Assembly (NCBI GenBank): GCA_038230375.1
Contig: JBBRNJ010000051.1
Span: 1-64,000 of the forward strand
Reading direction: 5' to 3'
From: Polyangiales bacterium
Lineage (GTDB): Bacteria; Myxococcota_A; Polyangia; Polyangiales; Polyangiaceae
Length of the DNA stretch: 64,000 bases
The notes under the pieces were generated by a model, which made no database searches, was not told the DNA's origin, and was given only the letters and a program-made list of their open reading frames with translations. A program made the translations under genes and the position numbers. Below, one piece after another: positions 47,406 to 58,332 of the stretch. The first letter of the stretch is position 1. Each line of letters begins with the position of its first letter.

Positions 47406-48863
47406 TCAGTGAATACCGGGTGGTGTGGGTGGGGTCTTGTCCGACTGGATGCACGAGGACAGGTCGAAGAACATGAACTCCAGCGCCTTTTCCTGCGGCG
47501 TCAGGTCGCCCAAGATGCACGAGTCCGGGAAGGTGGGCTGCCCGCTCAGCGCGGCTGCCGAGACGTGGAAGTCGCTGAAGACGACCCGACCGCACACCTT
47601 GTCGTCGGCGACTCCGAGCGGCGTGTTGAAGGTGATGTGCATCACGCCGGGGCCCTCGCCGTGGAAGTCCGCCTCGTAGTTCCAGCGCTGCGCCGGGGGG
47701 TTGTTCTCCTTGACGAGATCGTGTCGCGACTCGATCACGGTGAGCTGGCCAAGGGTCGTTGATGCGTCCACGTTCATCAGCCAGTGCGCGTAGGCGTCGC
47801 CCTTGGGGAACGACTGATCGATCTTCGTGTCGAACGGCGGGTTGAGGTTCGCCTCGATGATGGGGTACTCGCCCTTCCAGTTGCCGGTGGAGATGAACGG
47901 CCCGGTCGGGTCACCCGCGTCCGCGCCCGCGCCCGCGAGCCACACGTAGCCGTAGTGCGTGGTGAACACGCGGCCGCCAGCGTTCGCGTACGCAGCAAGG
48001 TTGCCCTTGGGCGAGATACCGCCATCCAGATCTGGCTTGGCGATGGGCTCGCCCTCGCACGGAAGCATGATGATGTCGTGCTTCTTCATCTTGGCCAGGT
48101 CGTTCCAGAGGCCGTCTGCGTCCGGGCCCTTGGGGCTCAGGTCCACGCCGTTGGACTGGTAGTAGTGGACCCGTCCGTCCTTCATCGCGGTGTCGGGCGT
48201 GAACTCCGCCTGGTCGATCCCCATCTTGAGGAGCAAGCACTCGAACGGATCCGACGCGCCAGTGGCGATGGCCATCTGCGGCATGTCGCCTTCGGACTGG
48301 TTCTTCGGCAAGCGGATGGTCTGCGGATCCGTGATGGGCAGATCCGTGCAGGCCTTGACCTCCGGGATCACGATCTGCCGGCGCCACTTGCCGACCTGCA
48401 CCACGAGCGGGATTGATTTGCCCACCGGGACGTTCACCAGCTTGAACGAGCCCGTGGCGTCCGTGATGGCGGTGACGAGCGGCTCACCAGAGACCGCTCC
48501 GCACTTGTCGCACGTGGCGCCGGTGGTGATCGGATCGACGGCTGCGTTTGGCACGTAGACGACAGCGTTGTAGAGTGGCACCTTGCCCGCGGGGTCGTAG
48601 ACCTTGCCGCTGATCGACGTGACCTTGCCGGCGTCGCACGTGACCTGCTGCTTGCAGAGGTTCACGCACGGCTTCGCGCCGTCGCCGAGACCCGAGTCGC
48701 CATGACCGAACGGATCGATCGAGCCCTCGCCCCCGTTGCCGCCATCGGACGCCCCGTCCTTCTGGTCGAACACCGAGCCGCCATCCGTGCCGCAGGCAAC
48801 AAAGATGGCAGAGGTCGTGACAAGGGCAGATGTGAGCAAGCCAACGGTGAAGAGCGGTTTCAC
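47406..48863 (-). CDS. Lipoprotein with carboxypeptidase-regulatory-like domain (myxobacterial family)
   Basis: Lipobox FVAC; ISGKVYDPAG..PLYNAVVYVP, TDATGSFKL, GKWRR, GRVVFSDFH, LEFMFFDL. Confidence 0.85.
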   Translation of the reverse strand: MKPLFTVGLLTSALVTTSAIFVACGTDGGSVFDQKDGASDGGNGGEGSIDPFGHGDSGLGDGAKPCVNLCKQQVTCDAGKVTSISGKVYDPAGKVPLYNAVVYVPNAAVDPITTGATCDKCGAVSGEPLVTAITDATGSFKLVNVPVGKSIPLVVQVGKWRRQIVIPEVKACTDLPITDPQTIRLPKNQSEGDMPQMAIATGASDPFECLLLKMGIDQAEFTPDTAMKDGRVHYYQSNGVDLSPKGPDADGLWNDLAKMKKHDIIMLPCEGEPIAKPDLDGGISPKGNLAAYANAGGRVFTTHYGYVWLAGAGADAGDPTGPFISTGNWKGEYPIIEANLNPPFDTKIDQSFPKGDAYAHWLMNVDASTTLGQLTVIESRHDLVKENNPPAQRWNYEADFHGEGPGVMHITFNTPLGVADDKVCGRVVFSDFHVSAAALSGQPTFPDSCILGDLTPQEKALEFMFFDLSSCIQSDKTPPTPPGIH

Positions 48864-48981
48864 ACCGTATGGATAGCGCAACGCGCCCAAACCACCCGCC
48901 CTTCTGTCCTGGCCCTGAAATCTGGGCTCGCCGGAGGGGTTGACGTGCACCCTCTGCATCGTCATTCTTAGGTCAGAGCCC

Positions 48982-49173
48982 ATGAGCAAAACGCGCAGCG
49001 AAGTCCTCACCGAATCCAAGAAGAAGGGCGTTGTCGCCGGAGTCACCACCGCGGGAGCTGTCGCGGCGGGCGTGCTCCTCGCGCCTGTGGCTGGCGTCGT
49101 GCTGGCCGTGCCGGCCGCATACTTTGGCTGGAAGTGGTGGAAGCACCGCGGGGAAAACGGCATCAAGTTCTGA
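48982..49173 (+). CDS. Small membrane protein (63 aa)
   Basis: Hydrophobic hairpin followed by WKWWKHRG..GIKF. Confidence 0.7.
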   Translation: MSKTRSEVLTESKKKGVVAGVTTAGAVAAGVLLAPVAGVVLAVPAAYFGWKWWKHRGENGIKF

Positions 49174-49269
49174 CGTTTTCCCGTCAGAGCTGGCACAACA
49201 ACCCCGTCTGTGAGCCGCCAACGGCGTTGACGGACCTGGCCCTCCCGTGCGACGTTTTCAGGCGTTCGC

Positions 49270-52200
49270 ATGCTGCCAACTCCGCTGACACCTGCCCCCC
49301 GTGAGATGCCCCGCATCGTCGCGTCGTTCACCGTCGTCGGCCGGCTCGGTCATGGCGGCGCGGCGGAGGTGCTGGATGCGCGTGGGGTCGGCGGCGTACG
49401 GGTTGCGCTCAAGATCGCGCATGTGGGGCACGAAGAGATCCTGATGCGCGAGGCGGAGCTCTCCGCGCGTTTGCGGAGGCGATGGGGTCCGGGCCTCGTG
49501 GCGTTCGGCCGCGACGAGGAGCGCACGTACCTCGCGCTTGCGTTCACGAAGGGCGAGCCGTTGACGGTGGCCGCGGAGGAGCGGCGCTTCGCGCAGGGTG
49601 CGCGTGGGGACTTGCTCGCCCTGGCCGTGGGGCACGCTGTCGCATCTGCGCTGACCGAGCTCCACGAGGCTGATGCCGTTCATGGTGACGTCACGCCCGC
49701 GAACATCCTCGTCGGTGCGCGGTGCCCGAAGACGAATGCGGCGGAGGAGCGCGCGGCCACGCTGATCGATCTCTCGCTCGGAGCCACGCCCGCGTCGCTT
49801 CGTGAGGGTCTGACACCGCGGTATGCAGAGCCGAATGCGTCGGAGCTGGTCTCGCCCGAGACGGATGTGTTCCAGCTAGGGCTCGTGCTCGGCGAGCTCC
49901 TGTTTCCGTCGGTCGCGCAGGCGCAGGCGCCGCACGAAGCGCTCATGCGCGCGCTCGCTGCAGAGAAGGCCACGCCGCTCACGCGCTTGCTCCTCGCGAT
50001 CGCGTCACCGCTCCCGGGCGCGCGCCCACCGGCGAGCTACGTCGCCACGGAGCTCGGCGGGCTGCTTGGGCTCGTGGACAGCGAAGAGGAGGCGTCGCTG
50101 TCGCGTCAGGCGAGCATCGCGCGTCACTACCTGTCGTGTCGCCGCGTAGACCTGTTCTTGCCGGCCATCGTGAGGCTCGACGGCCCGCCGCGTGCGTGGG
50201 TGGTCGAAGCTCGCGCCGCGCTTGGCTGCGTGGACAGCGACAGCGGCGCGGAGCTCGGTGCGCTCGACTCCCTGGGACGCGCGCGCTGGCTCACGCGCAT
50301 CTCTGGTCCCGGCGCCACGAACCTTACGCCCGACGAGATGCCCGAACCAGAGCTCGCCGAGCGGCTCCTTGCGCTGTCGTCGCATCTTTCGCCCGCAGCG
50401 TTCACGCCTGCGGATTTCTCGGCCGATCCGGGCGCTGCTCCGCGCACCGAGGCCGCTCCCGCGCCGGGGACGCCGCACGACTCCGACCTGCTTCTTCTTC
50501 GCACGCTCTCCATGCGAACGGTCACGGAGCGCACGCTACATGCGGTGGAGGCTCGCGCTGCGTCGGCACCACAGCCGCTGCTTCTTGCGCTGGGGGAGCG
50601 CCTGCTTGCCACGGGGCAGGCGGCGCGCGCGGCGTTGGTGCTGTCGCAGCGTGAAGAGCCGGAGATCATCGCTCTCACGGCGGAGGCTCGGCGGCGAACA
50701 GGCGATCGCGAAGGCGCTCGTGCGTTGGCGGAGCGCGTGCTGGCGATCTCGACGCCCGGCGCAACGGAGGCGCGGAGCCGTGCGCACTTCGTGCTGGCGC
50801 GCGTCGCGTGGGAGCTCTCCCGGTACGACGAGGCACGAACGCACGAGGCGGACCTGGCAGGGCCCGAGGCCGCCGAGATCTCCGCTCTCTGTCACTACGC
50901 GAAGGGCGAGATCGACCTGGGCCTGCGCACGGTGGAGAAGGCGCTCCTCCGCGAAGGCACGAGCGCCCGCCTGTTCGGGCTGCTCGGCATGCTGCGCCAT
51001 GCAGAAGGTGAAGCGGCGGGGGCGCTGGCCGCGTTTGGTCGCGCCGTGGAGGCCTCGGTGGCGGTGGGCGCGGTCTCCGACGAGGCCACATATCGCACGG
51101 GCGAAGCCGCGGCTGCGCTGGACCTTGGCGACGTGGGGCGCGGGCTGTCCGCGTCCACGCGCGCCGTGCTCCTGTGCGAACGCGGGCGTGATCGGCACCT
51201 CTCCGCGCGCGCGTGGCTGGCCCGTGCTGGCGCGCTCACGAATGCTGGTGCGACCTTCGAGGCGCTCACCGCGCTGCGCGAGGCGAAGGAGCGGGCGATC
51301 GAGGCGAGAGACGCGCGGTGCTCGCTCTACGCAGACTTGATCCGGATCGATCTGATGGGCCTGAACGCGCCCGGCCGCGACGAGCTCGCAAGGACCGCGC
51401 TCGTCGCTGCGCGCGGGCTGGGCGCCGAGGACACGCTCCGCGCGCTGTGTCGCGGACCGCTCACAGGCGACCTGCTCGCTGAAGCAGAGTCCCTGGCCGC
51501 CAACGCGAGCGTCACCGCGCGGCTGGAGTACCTGCGCGCGCGCGCGGAGCAGTCTCTCGATTCGTTGCAGAATGCACGCGAAATCACCGATGGGCTCCTG
51601 GGACTCACGGGCCGCAGCGCACCGGCGCAGGTGCGCGCCACGGCGTGGGAACGCGGTCAGAAGCTCGCGCTCCGCGCCGGTGACAGGGAGGCCGCGGGTC
51701 GCTTCGAGCACCTGCTCGCGGGACTGTGCGCGTTGACCGAGGCCACGGTCCCGCCCGCATACAAGAGCCGCTTCCTGAGCCAGTCGTGGGTGATGCAGCG
51801 CGGTGAGGCGCGTGGGCTCACGCTGCCGTCGGCCAAGCTGGGCGAGCTGTTCTCGATCACACGCGCGCTCTCCGCCCGCGAGAGCTTGCGTGAGCTCTGC
51901 GAGATGACGCTGGACGCGATGGTGCTCTGGTCTGGCGTGGAGCGCGGGGTGCTGCTCTTGCCCGCGCCGGACGGTACGCTGAAGGTCCGCTCCGCGCGAA
52001 ACATCGCCCGCGAGGATCTTCGCGGTGGAGAGACGCAGCGCCTCTCCATGAGCATGGCCACGCGCGCGTTCGAGAAGATGGTCACCGTGGTCGCGGACGA
52101 CGCGTGGGCGCAGAGCGGGAACGTGCAGGGCTCGGTGCATGCGCTCGGGCTTCGCAGCGTGCTCGCGGTGCCGCTGGTCGCGCAGGGCGCGTGCGTGGGC

Positions 52201-53352
52201 GTGGTGTACCTGGACGATCGCCAGAAGAAGGGCGCGTTCGGGCGGGAGGAGCTGCTCTGGGCGGAGCTCATTGGCCACCTCTCCGCGATCTCGATCCGCG
52301 ATGCGCGCATTCGCGCGTCCCTCCGCCGCATGACCCGGCGAGCGGAGCGTGCGCAGGCGCGGCTTGCGTCGCTCTTGTTCGAGCGCGAGAAGGAGCTCTC
52401 CGTGGTGACGGAGCGGCTTGCGCAGGTCGAGGGAGCGCACATCTCCGGCATGGTCGGGGACAGCATGGCCATGCGGACGGTGGAGTCGCTCGTGCGTCGC
52501 GTGGGCAAGAGCGACGTGCCCGTCCTGATCGCAGGCGAGTCCGGAACGGGCAAGGAGCTCGTCGCGCGGGCGATCGCTCAGGCCAGCGCGCGGAGCGGTG
52601 GAGCGTTCGTCGGCGAGAACTGCGGTTCGCTGCCAGAGCCGCTGCTCGAGTCCACGCTCTTTGGTCATGCAAAAGGCGCGTTCACCGGCGCCGTGTCCGC
52701 AAAGGTCGGCCTCTTCGATGTGGCGGACGGCGGCACGCTCTTCCTGGACGAGGTGGGCGAGATGTCCGCCGGCATGCAGGTGAAGTTGCTACGCGTGCTG
52801 CAAGACGGCGAGGTCCGCCCCGTGGGCAGCAACAAAGCGCACCACGTGGACGTGCGGATCCTGTGCGCGACGCACCGTGATCTGCCGAAGATGGTGGAGC
52901 AGGGGCTCTTCCGCGAGGATCTCTTCTACCGGCTCAACGTCATCCAGGTCCGCGTGCCCCCGCTCCGCGAGCGCCGCGAGGACATCCCCGCGCTGGTGAC
53001 CCACTTCATCGCGAAGTACGGGCCCGAGGCCAAGCTGGAGATCACGCCCGCGGCAATGCGGAAGCTCGCCTCGTTCGCGTGGCCCGGCAACGTGCGGCAG
53101 CTGGAGAACGAGGTACGCCGCGCCGTCGTGCTGTGTGATCGCGTGATCGATGTGGAGGCGCTCTCGGAGGAGGTCTCGCGCACCAAGGGCAAGAGCCAAG
53201 GAACGCTCCGCGCCCGCATCGACGAGCTCGAGACCGACGCTCTCAAAGAGGCGCTCCGCCAGACGAACGGAAATCAAACCCGAGCAGCCACGCTGCTAGG
53301 AGTCTCCCGCTTCGGTCTCCAGAAAATGAAGAAGCGCCTGGGCCTGGACTGA
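49270..53352 (+). CDS. Sigma54 enhancer-binding protein with degenerate kinase, TPR-like and GAF domains
   Basis: GESGTGKE, GAFTGA, LFLDEVGE, FREDLFYRL, WPGNVRQL, Fis HTH; GAF (LRSVLAVPL..GVVYLD); N-terminal kinase-like region. Confidence 0.92.
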   Translation: MLPTPLTPAPREMPRIVASFTVVGRLGHGGAAEVLDARGVGGVRVALKIAHVGHEEILMREAELSARLRRRWGPGLVAFGRDEERTYLALAFTKGEPLTVAAEERRFAQGARGDLLALAVGHAVASALTELHEADAVHGDVTPANILVGARCPKTNAAEERAATLIDLSLGATPASLREGLTPRYAEPNASELVSPETDVFQLGLVLGELLFPSVAQAQAPHEALMRALAAEKATPLTRLLLAIASPLPGARPPASYVATELGGLLGLVDSEEEASLSRQASIARHYLSCRRVDLFLPAIVRLDGPPRAWVVEARAALGCVDSDSGAELGALDSLGRARWLTRISGPGATNLTPDEMPEPELAERLLALSSHLSPAAFTPADFSADPGAAPRTEAAPAPGTPHDSDLLLLRTLSMRTVTERTLHAVEARAASAPQPLLLALGERLLATGQAARAALVLSQREEPEIIALTAEARRRTGDREGARALAERVLAISTPGATEARSRAHFVLARVAWELSRYDEARTHEADLAGPEAAEISALCHYAKGEIDLGLRTVEKALLREGTSARLFGLLGMLRHAEGEAAGALAAFGRAVEASVAVGAVSDEATYRTGEAAAALDLGDVGRGLSASTRAVLLCERGRDRHLSARAWLARAGALTNAGATFEALTALREAKERAIEARDARCSLYADLIRIDLMGLNAPGRDELARTALVAARGLGAEDTLRALCRGPLTGDLLAEAESLAANASVTARLEYLRARAEQSLDSLQNAREITDGLLGLTGRSAPAQVRATAWERGQKLALRAGDREAAGRFEHLLAGLCALTEATVPPAYKSRFLSQSWVMQRGEARGLTLPSAKLGELFSITRALSARESLRELCEMTLDAMVLWSGVERGVLLLPAPDGTLKVRSARNIAREDLRGGETQRLSMSMATRAFEKMVTVVADDAWAQSGNVQGSVHALGLRSVLAVPLVAQGACVGVVYLDDRQKKGAFGREELLWAELIGHLSAISIRDARIRASLRRMTRRAERAQARLASLLFEREKELSVVTERLAQVEGAHISGMVGDSMAMRTVESLVRRVGKSDVPVLIAGESGTGKELVARAIAQASARSGGAFVGENCGSLPEPLLESTLFGHAKGAFTGAVSAKVGLFDVADGGTLFLDEVGEMSAGMQVKLLRVLQDGEVRPVGSNKAHHVDVRILCATHRDLPKMVEQGLFREDLFYRLNVIQVRVPPLRERREDIPALVTHFIAKYGPEAKLEITPAAMRKLASFAWPGNVRQLENEVRRAVVLCDRVIDVEALSEEVSRTKGKSQGTLRARIDELETDALKEALRQTNGNQTRAATLLGVSRFGLQKMKKRLGLD

Positions 53353-53380
53353 CTCAAAAGCCCTCAAAAAGCCCGCTGAA

Positions 53381-53454
<74 letters not shown>

Positions 53455-53571
53455 GGGAAGGCAGAGCAGGCGGAGGCCCTGCAAAGCGCAGCCTTGATAC
53501 CACATCTTTCGCGGTGGCCCAGAGCTATTTCCGCGGCGTTCGGGCCAGACACATCAAATGCGCCGGGGTTT

Positions 53572-55833
53572 TTAGCCGTTTTTCGGCATGGGGCGAACGA
53601 GCCCGTACGGCGGCGGCCACGCCAGACCAGAGAATCCAGCCTCTTCCGCGGCGTGCATCGTGAAGTAGGGATCACGCAGGTGCCCACGCGCCAGCACCAC
53701 CAGATCCGCGCGGCCCGCCGCCAGGATGGTGTTCACCTGATCGGCCGTGGTGATGTTGCCGACCGCCATCGTGCGAATGCCGACCTCGTTCCGGATCTGG
53801 TCCGCGAAGGGGGTCTGGAACATGCGGCCGTAGAATGCGGGGCGACCGTGCGGGACGGTCTGACCGGTCGAGACGTCGATGAAGTCAGCGCCGTGATCCT
53901 TGAGTGCGCGCGCGATCTCGACGGAGTCCTCGCCCGTCATGCCGCCCTCCGCCCAGTCCGTGGCGGAGATGCGCACGCTGATGGGTTTGTCCTTGGGCCA
54001 CGCGTCTCGCACGGCGTCGAAGATCTCGAGCGGGTAGCGGAGGCGCGCGGTCAGGGAGCCGCCGTACTCGTCCGTGCGCTGGTTGGTGAGCGGCGACAGG
54101 AACGTGGCCAGCAAGTAGCCGTGGGCCATGTGTAGCTCCAGCCAGTCGAAGCCAGCGTCGATGCTCCGCTTCGCCGCCTGCACGTGGTCCTCTTTCACGC
54201 GCTCCATGTCGGCGCGGGTCATGGCGCGCGGCGTCTGGTTCTTCGGCAAGTAGGGGAGCGCGGAGGGCGCGATGAGCTCCCAGTTGCCGGAGTCCAGCTG
54301 CGCGTCCTGCGCCTCCCACGGGACCTTGGTGGAGCCCTTGCGGCCCGCATGTCCCAGCTGGATACCCATCTTCGCTCTGGACCGTGCGTGCACGAAGTCG
54401 GTGATCTTCTTCCACGCCGCCACGTGACCGTCCGTGTACATGCCCGCGCAGCCGGGCGTGATGCGCGCGTCCGCCGACACGTTGGTCATCTCCGAGATGA
54501 CGAGGCCGGCGCCGCCGATCGCGCGGCTGCCGTAGTGCACCAGATGGAACTCGTCCGGCGTTCCATTGATTGCAGAATACATGCACATGGGGGAGACCAC
54601 GACGCGGTTCTCGAGCGTGACGCCGCGCGCGGTGATCTTCTGGAACATCGGCGGGGCGGCCGCGTTGCTGGCCTGGACCGGGACGCCCCCACTCACCACC
54701 GCAGCGGAAGCTGTCGCAAAGGTGTCCGTCACCTTGGACATGAGCACCGGGTCACGCACGCTGAGGTTCTCGTAGCCGATGCGCTTGCTGCGGGTCAGGA
54801 GGCGCGTCATGAAGGCGAGCGGCTCGAAGTTCTTGTAGCGCTTCACGTGCTCGAAGAAGAGCAGGCTGTCCTGCGCGGCGGCCTGCGTGCGCTCCACGAT
54901 CGGGCGGCGCTCCGCCTCGTATGCGACGAGCGCGGCCTTCACGTTGTTCCCGTTTGCCGTGAGCGCCTTCGCGAGCGCGATGGAATCCTCCATGGCCATC
55001 TTGGTGCCGGAGCCAATGGAGAAATGCGCCGTGTGCGCCGAGTCGCCGACAAGGACGACGTTGTCGTGGCTCCACGCCGCGCACTTCAGCGTGTGGAAGT
55101 GGATCCAGGTGCTCTTGTTGGAGAGCAGCTTCTCGCCTCCGAGGTACTTCGCGAAGAGCTTCTCGAGGAAGGCCAGCTGCGCCGGCTCGTCCATGCTGGG
55201 AAGCCCGGCGGCTTCCCACGTGGCGGGATCCGTCTCCACGATGAACGTGGAGCGCGTCTTGGAGAACGGATACGCGTGGACCTGGAAGAAGCCATCCGCG
55301 AAAGGCTCGAAGACGAACGTGAACGCCGTGAAGATCTTCGGGGTTCCAAGCCAGATGAACTTGCAGGTGCGCTTCTCCAGCGAGGGCTTGAAGACGTCCT
55401 CATTCGCGGCGCGGAGCCTGCTGTTGTAGCCGTCGGACGCGACGTAGAGATCGAAGCCGGACGGCAGGGTCTCGACCTCGGTGCGATCCGTGAGCGTCAC
55501 GCCGAGCTCCTGCGCGCGCTCGCGAAGGATGCGGATGAGCGTGTGGCGCGACACGCCGGAGAAGCCGTGACCTGAGGAGCGGACCAACTGGCCCTTGAAG
55601 TGGACGTCGATTGCGTCCCAGTGCGCGAACTCGGCTGTGATCTTCTGGTGCGTGGGCTCGTCGTTGTTGGCGAGGTACTCCAGGGTCTCATCCGAGAAGA
55701 CAACGCCCCATCCCCATGTCTCGCCGGGCGGGTTCCTGTCGAACACCGTGATGGTCACGCTCGGGTCGAGCTTCTTCATCAGGATGGCGAAATACAGGCC
55801 TCCGGGACCGCCGCCGACACACGCGATTCGCAT
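53572..55833 (-). CDS. Bifunctional salicylyl-CoA 5-hydroxylase / anthraniloyl-CoA monooxygenase-reductase
   Basis: FAD monooxygenase N-half ([28 protein letters not shown]) fused to an OYE-like domain ([29 protein letters not shown]). Confidence 0.92.
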   Translation of the reverse strand: MRIACVGGGPGGLYFAILMKKLDPSVTITVFDRNPPGETWGWGVVFSDETLEYLANNDEPTHQKITAEFAHWDAIDVHFKGQLVRSSGHGFSGVSRHTLIRILRERAQELGVTLTDRTEVETLPSGFDLYVASDGYNSRLRAANEDVFKPSLEKRTCKFIWLGTPKIFTAFTFVFEPFADGFFQVHAYPFSKTRSTFIVETDPATWEAAGLPSMDEPAQLAFLEKLFAKYLGGEKLLSNKSTWIHFHTLKCAAWSHDNVVLVGDSAHTAHFSIGSGTKMAMEDSIALAKALTANGNNVKAALVAYEAERRPIVERTQAAAQDSLLFFEHVKRYKNFEPLAFMTRLLTRSKRIGYENLSVRDPVLMSKVTDTFATASAAVVSGGVPVQASNAAAPPMFQKITARGVTLENRVVVSPMCMYSAINGTPDEFHLVHYGSRAIGGAGLVISEMTNVSADARITPGCAGMYTDGHVAAWKKITDFVHARSRAKMGIQLGHAGRKGSTKVPWEAQDAQLDSGNWELIAPSALPYLPKNQTPRAMTRADMERVKEDHVQAAKRSIDAGFDWLELHMAHGYLLATFLSPLTNQRTDEYGGSLTARLRYPLEIFDAVRDAWPKDKPISVRISATDWAEGGMTGEDSVEIARALKDHGADFIDVSTGQTVPHGRPAFYGRMFQTPFADQIRNEVGIRTMAVGNITTADQVNTILAAGRADLVVLARGHLRDPYFTMHAAEEAGFSGLAWPPPYGLVRPMPKNG

Positions 55834-55856
55834 GGTCCCAAACGGTACCATGTATG

Positions 55857-55979
55857 ATGAGGCCGGTGGACGAGGACGACCGGGCGGACATCGCGGACGG
55901 GATAGAGCGGGGCGCCGCGATCGCCTCGCGCACGGCCGTGGGCATTGCCGACGACATCAAGCGCGGTCCGAGCCCGTAG
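55857..55979 (+). CDS. Putative small protein (40 aa)
   Basis: [46 protein letters not shown] 5 nt upstream; stops 5 nt before the next gene. Confidence 0.35.
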   Translation: MRPVDEDDRADIADGIERGAAIASRTAVGIADDIKRGPSP

Positions 55980-55984
55980 CGTTC

Positions 55985-56974
55985 ATGCGCGGAGCTCACA
56001 AGGCTGGCTTCACGATCGCGTTCGCCTCGCTTCTCGTGGCGAACGTCGCACATGCCATGCCCACGGCGAAGCTCGTCTACGTACGCTCTCCCGGCGCGGA
56101 GACCTGCCCGGACGAGGATGCGCTCCGCACCGAGGTAGAGAATCGCCTTGGATACAAGCCGTTTCGTGTCGTAGCCGACAACACGCTGTTCGCGGAGGTG
56201 CGCCGCGGCGCGCCCGGCTTCGTCGCGGACGTCAAGCTGATCGGCTCTGACGGAGTGACGCGCGGAGTGCGTCACCTCGAGAGCCAGAGCGCGGACTGCA
56301 ACGACATCGCGCGCACCATGGCGCTGTCGATGAGCATCGCCCTCGATCCCCTGAGCCTCACACGCCCACCAGGCACACCACCACCCGACGACCCACCACC
56401 GATCGAACCTCCACCCCAACCTCCACCCCAACCTCCACCTCCACCTCCACCCCAACCGCCACCTCCACCCCCGCCGTCCACGCGCTTGCAGCCCTCCGTG
56501 GGCATCGGAGGTGGTGCGTCCGTCGGCATGAGCCCCGACGTCGCGCCGCAGCTCTCGCTCTTCGCGGCCTTGCGCTACCAGTTCGCGTCTGCAGAGACGG
56601 GGTTCCTCGCGCAGCTCCCCACGCCGTCATCCACGAGCCAAGGCGGCAAGGTGTCCACGCGCCTCCTCGTGGTGCCCATCGCGGCCTGCGGACATCTGGG
56701 GCCTGCGTCGCTATGCGCGCTGTCGCTCCTTGGTGACGCGCACGGGGAGTCCACCGACATCACGAGCCCGCGCGCACAGAGCCTCTTCTTCGCGGCGCTC
56801 GGTCCGCGCGTCGGTCTCATGCTACCGCTCGGTGCGGGCGTGTTCGTGCGGGCCACTGGCGATCTCCTGTTTCCCATCACGCCGTTCTCACTCGACATCA
56901 ACGGGCAGACCGTGTGGGCGTCTGGCGCCGTCATGGGGCTGGTTTCGGCGCATGTGGGCTACCTTTTTCCGTGA
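55985..56974 (+). CDS. Secreted protein with Pro-rich linker and C-terminal beta-barrel-like domain
   Basis: Signal ending AHA; CPDEDAL N-terminal domain; poly-Pro linker; alternating strands ending VGYLFP. Confidence 0.75.
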   Translation: MRGAHKAGFTIAFASLLVANVAHAMPTAKLVYVRSPGAETCPDEDALRTEVENRLGYKPFRVVADNTLFAEVRRGAPGFVADVKLIGSDGVTRGVRHLESQSADCNDIARTMALSMSIALDPLSLTRPPGTPPPDDPPPIEPPPQPPPQPPPPPPPQPPPPPPPSTRLQPSVGIGGGASVGMSPDVAPQLSLFAALRYQFASAETGFLAQLPTPSSTSQGGKVSTRLLVVPIAACGHLGPASLCALSLLGDAHGESTDITSPRAQSLFFAALGPRVGLMLPLGAGVFVRATGDLLFPITPFSLDINGQTVWASGAVMGLVSAHVGYLFP

Positions 56975-57025
56975 GCGGCCTTTCCATGACGAAACCGCGG
57001 CGCTCATCCCAAGCAAAAGACGGGT

Positions 57026-57556
57026 ATGGTCCCGGAGGTCGTGCGCGCCGATGTCTCATCATTCCAGCGAGTCTTCGAGACCGAGCTCGGGTACGTCGCA
57101 ACGTCCCTGCGCCGGCTTGGGGTCGCCCCGCGCGACGTCGAGGACGTGGCGCACGATCTCTTCGTCGAGGTCTGGAAGCGCTGGGCCACCTACGACGCTG
57201 CGCGGCCCATCCGGCCGTGGCTCTTCGCGTTCGCCTTCCGGTTCTCTTCCGACTACCGCCGCCTCTCGCGTCACAAGGTCGAGCTGTTCGTGGAGAAGGA
57301 CGGAGCGACGCAGGAGAAGGCCGCTGACGAGCTGCTGGTGGAGCACGAACAACAGCGCCTGCTCTTCTCGGCGCTGGAGTCCATCAGCGAGGATCGCCGC
57401 GGCGTCTTCATCCTCTTCGAGCTCGACGGCGTGCCCATGCACGAGATCGCAGACTCGCTCGGCATCCCGGCGAACACCGCCTACTCGCGCCTGCGCCTTG
57501 CGCGCGAAGAGTTCACAGCGGCAGCGAAGCGCATCAAGTCGAGGGAGGCACGATGA
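57026..57556 (+). CDS. ECF RNA polymerase sigma factor
   Basis: DVEDVAHDLF, IRPWLF, EIADSLGIPANTAYSRLRLAR. Confidence 0.93.
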   Translation: MVPEVVRADVSSFQRVFETELGYVATSLRRLGVAPRDVEDVAHDLFVEVWKRWATYDAARPIRPWLFAFAFRFSSDYRRLSRHKVELFVEKDGATQEKAADELLVEHEQQRLLFSALESISEDRRGVFILFELDGVPMHEIADSLGIPANTAYSRLRLAREEFTAAAKRIKSREAR

Positions 57557-58332
57557 GCGAGCTCTCTGACCTGCCCGACCTTCTGCCGCTCGACGGCGAC
57601 GCGCTCGCGCTCCTGCGCGGCGGCTCCGAGCTCGTACAGATGAAGGACGACGGACGCGCGCGCCTCTCCGGGCGCGTGATGTCGACCATCGCCGCGTTCG
57701 GACCTCCTGGTGGCGGTGGCGGAAGCAGCGGACCCACGGGCAACGCGACAGGTGCGGTCGCGTCCAACGTGAAGGCGGGGCTCGGCCTGAACGCCACAAG
57801 CCTCGTGGGCATGGGCCTCACGTTCGTTCTCGGCGCGGCTCTTGGCTTTGGCGTGCGTCCGCTGGTCGGCAGCGATGAAAACGTGCAGAGTGCAAGTATT
57901 CGGCCCGCCGCCACGCCGGAGCAACGCTCCGCGCCACGCACGCTCCAGCCCGCAGAGCCCGCCGCGTCGAGTGTGGTCTTCGAAGCCTCCACGCCGACAC
58001 CCTCCGCGGCGTCTGGCGGCAAGGTCGGTCCGCTGCGCGATCTGTCCGCGGAGCGCATGCTGCTCGACGGCGCACGCGCTGCGCTCGGGCGCGGGGATCC
58101 GGCCGCTGCTGTGGTCGCCGCGAAGGCGCACGAGCAGCGCTTCCCGCGCGGGGCGCTGGCCGAAGAGCGCGAGGCCCTCTATATCCAGGCGCTCGCACAG
58201 AGCGGAAAACTTCCGGAAGCACGGGCGCGCGCGGCCAGATTCAAGCAGACTTACCCGGACAGCATGCTCCTCCCCGCCGTCAGCGCCGCCACGCAAGCGC
58301 CCAGTGCCCCGAACAACAAGGACGCGCCATGA
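57553..58332 (+). CDS. Putative anti-sigma factor (single TM, C-terminal TPR-like domain)
   Basis: ATGA-coupled to the ECF gene; TM helix; HEQRFPRGALAEEREAL...FKQTYPDS. Confidence 0.75.
   Translation: MSELSDLPDLLPLDGDALALLRGGSELVQMKDDGRARLSGRVMSTIAAFGPPGGGGGSSGPTGNATGAVASNVKAGLGLNATSLVGMGLTFVLGAALGFGVRPLVGSDENVQSASIRPAATPEQRSAPRTLQPAEPAASSVVFEASTPTPSAASGGKVGPLRDLSAERMLLDGARAALGRGDPAAAVVAAKAHEQRFPRGALAEEREALYIQALAQSGKLPEARARAARFKQTYPDSMLLPAVSAATQAPSAPNNKDAP

Noticed and set aside
49190..49210. TGGCAC upstream of the sigma54 activator as a -24/-12 promoter
   Set aside because: The -12 TTGC element is absent at the required spacing
56380..56480. CCACCT/CCACCC repeats as a DNA element
   Set aside because: Fully explained by the poly-proline linker
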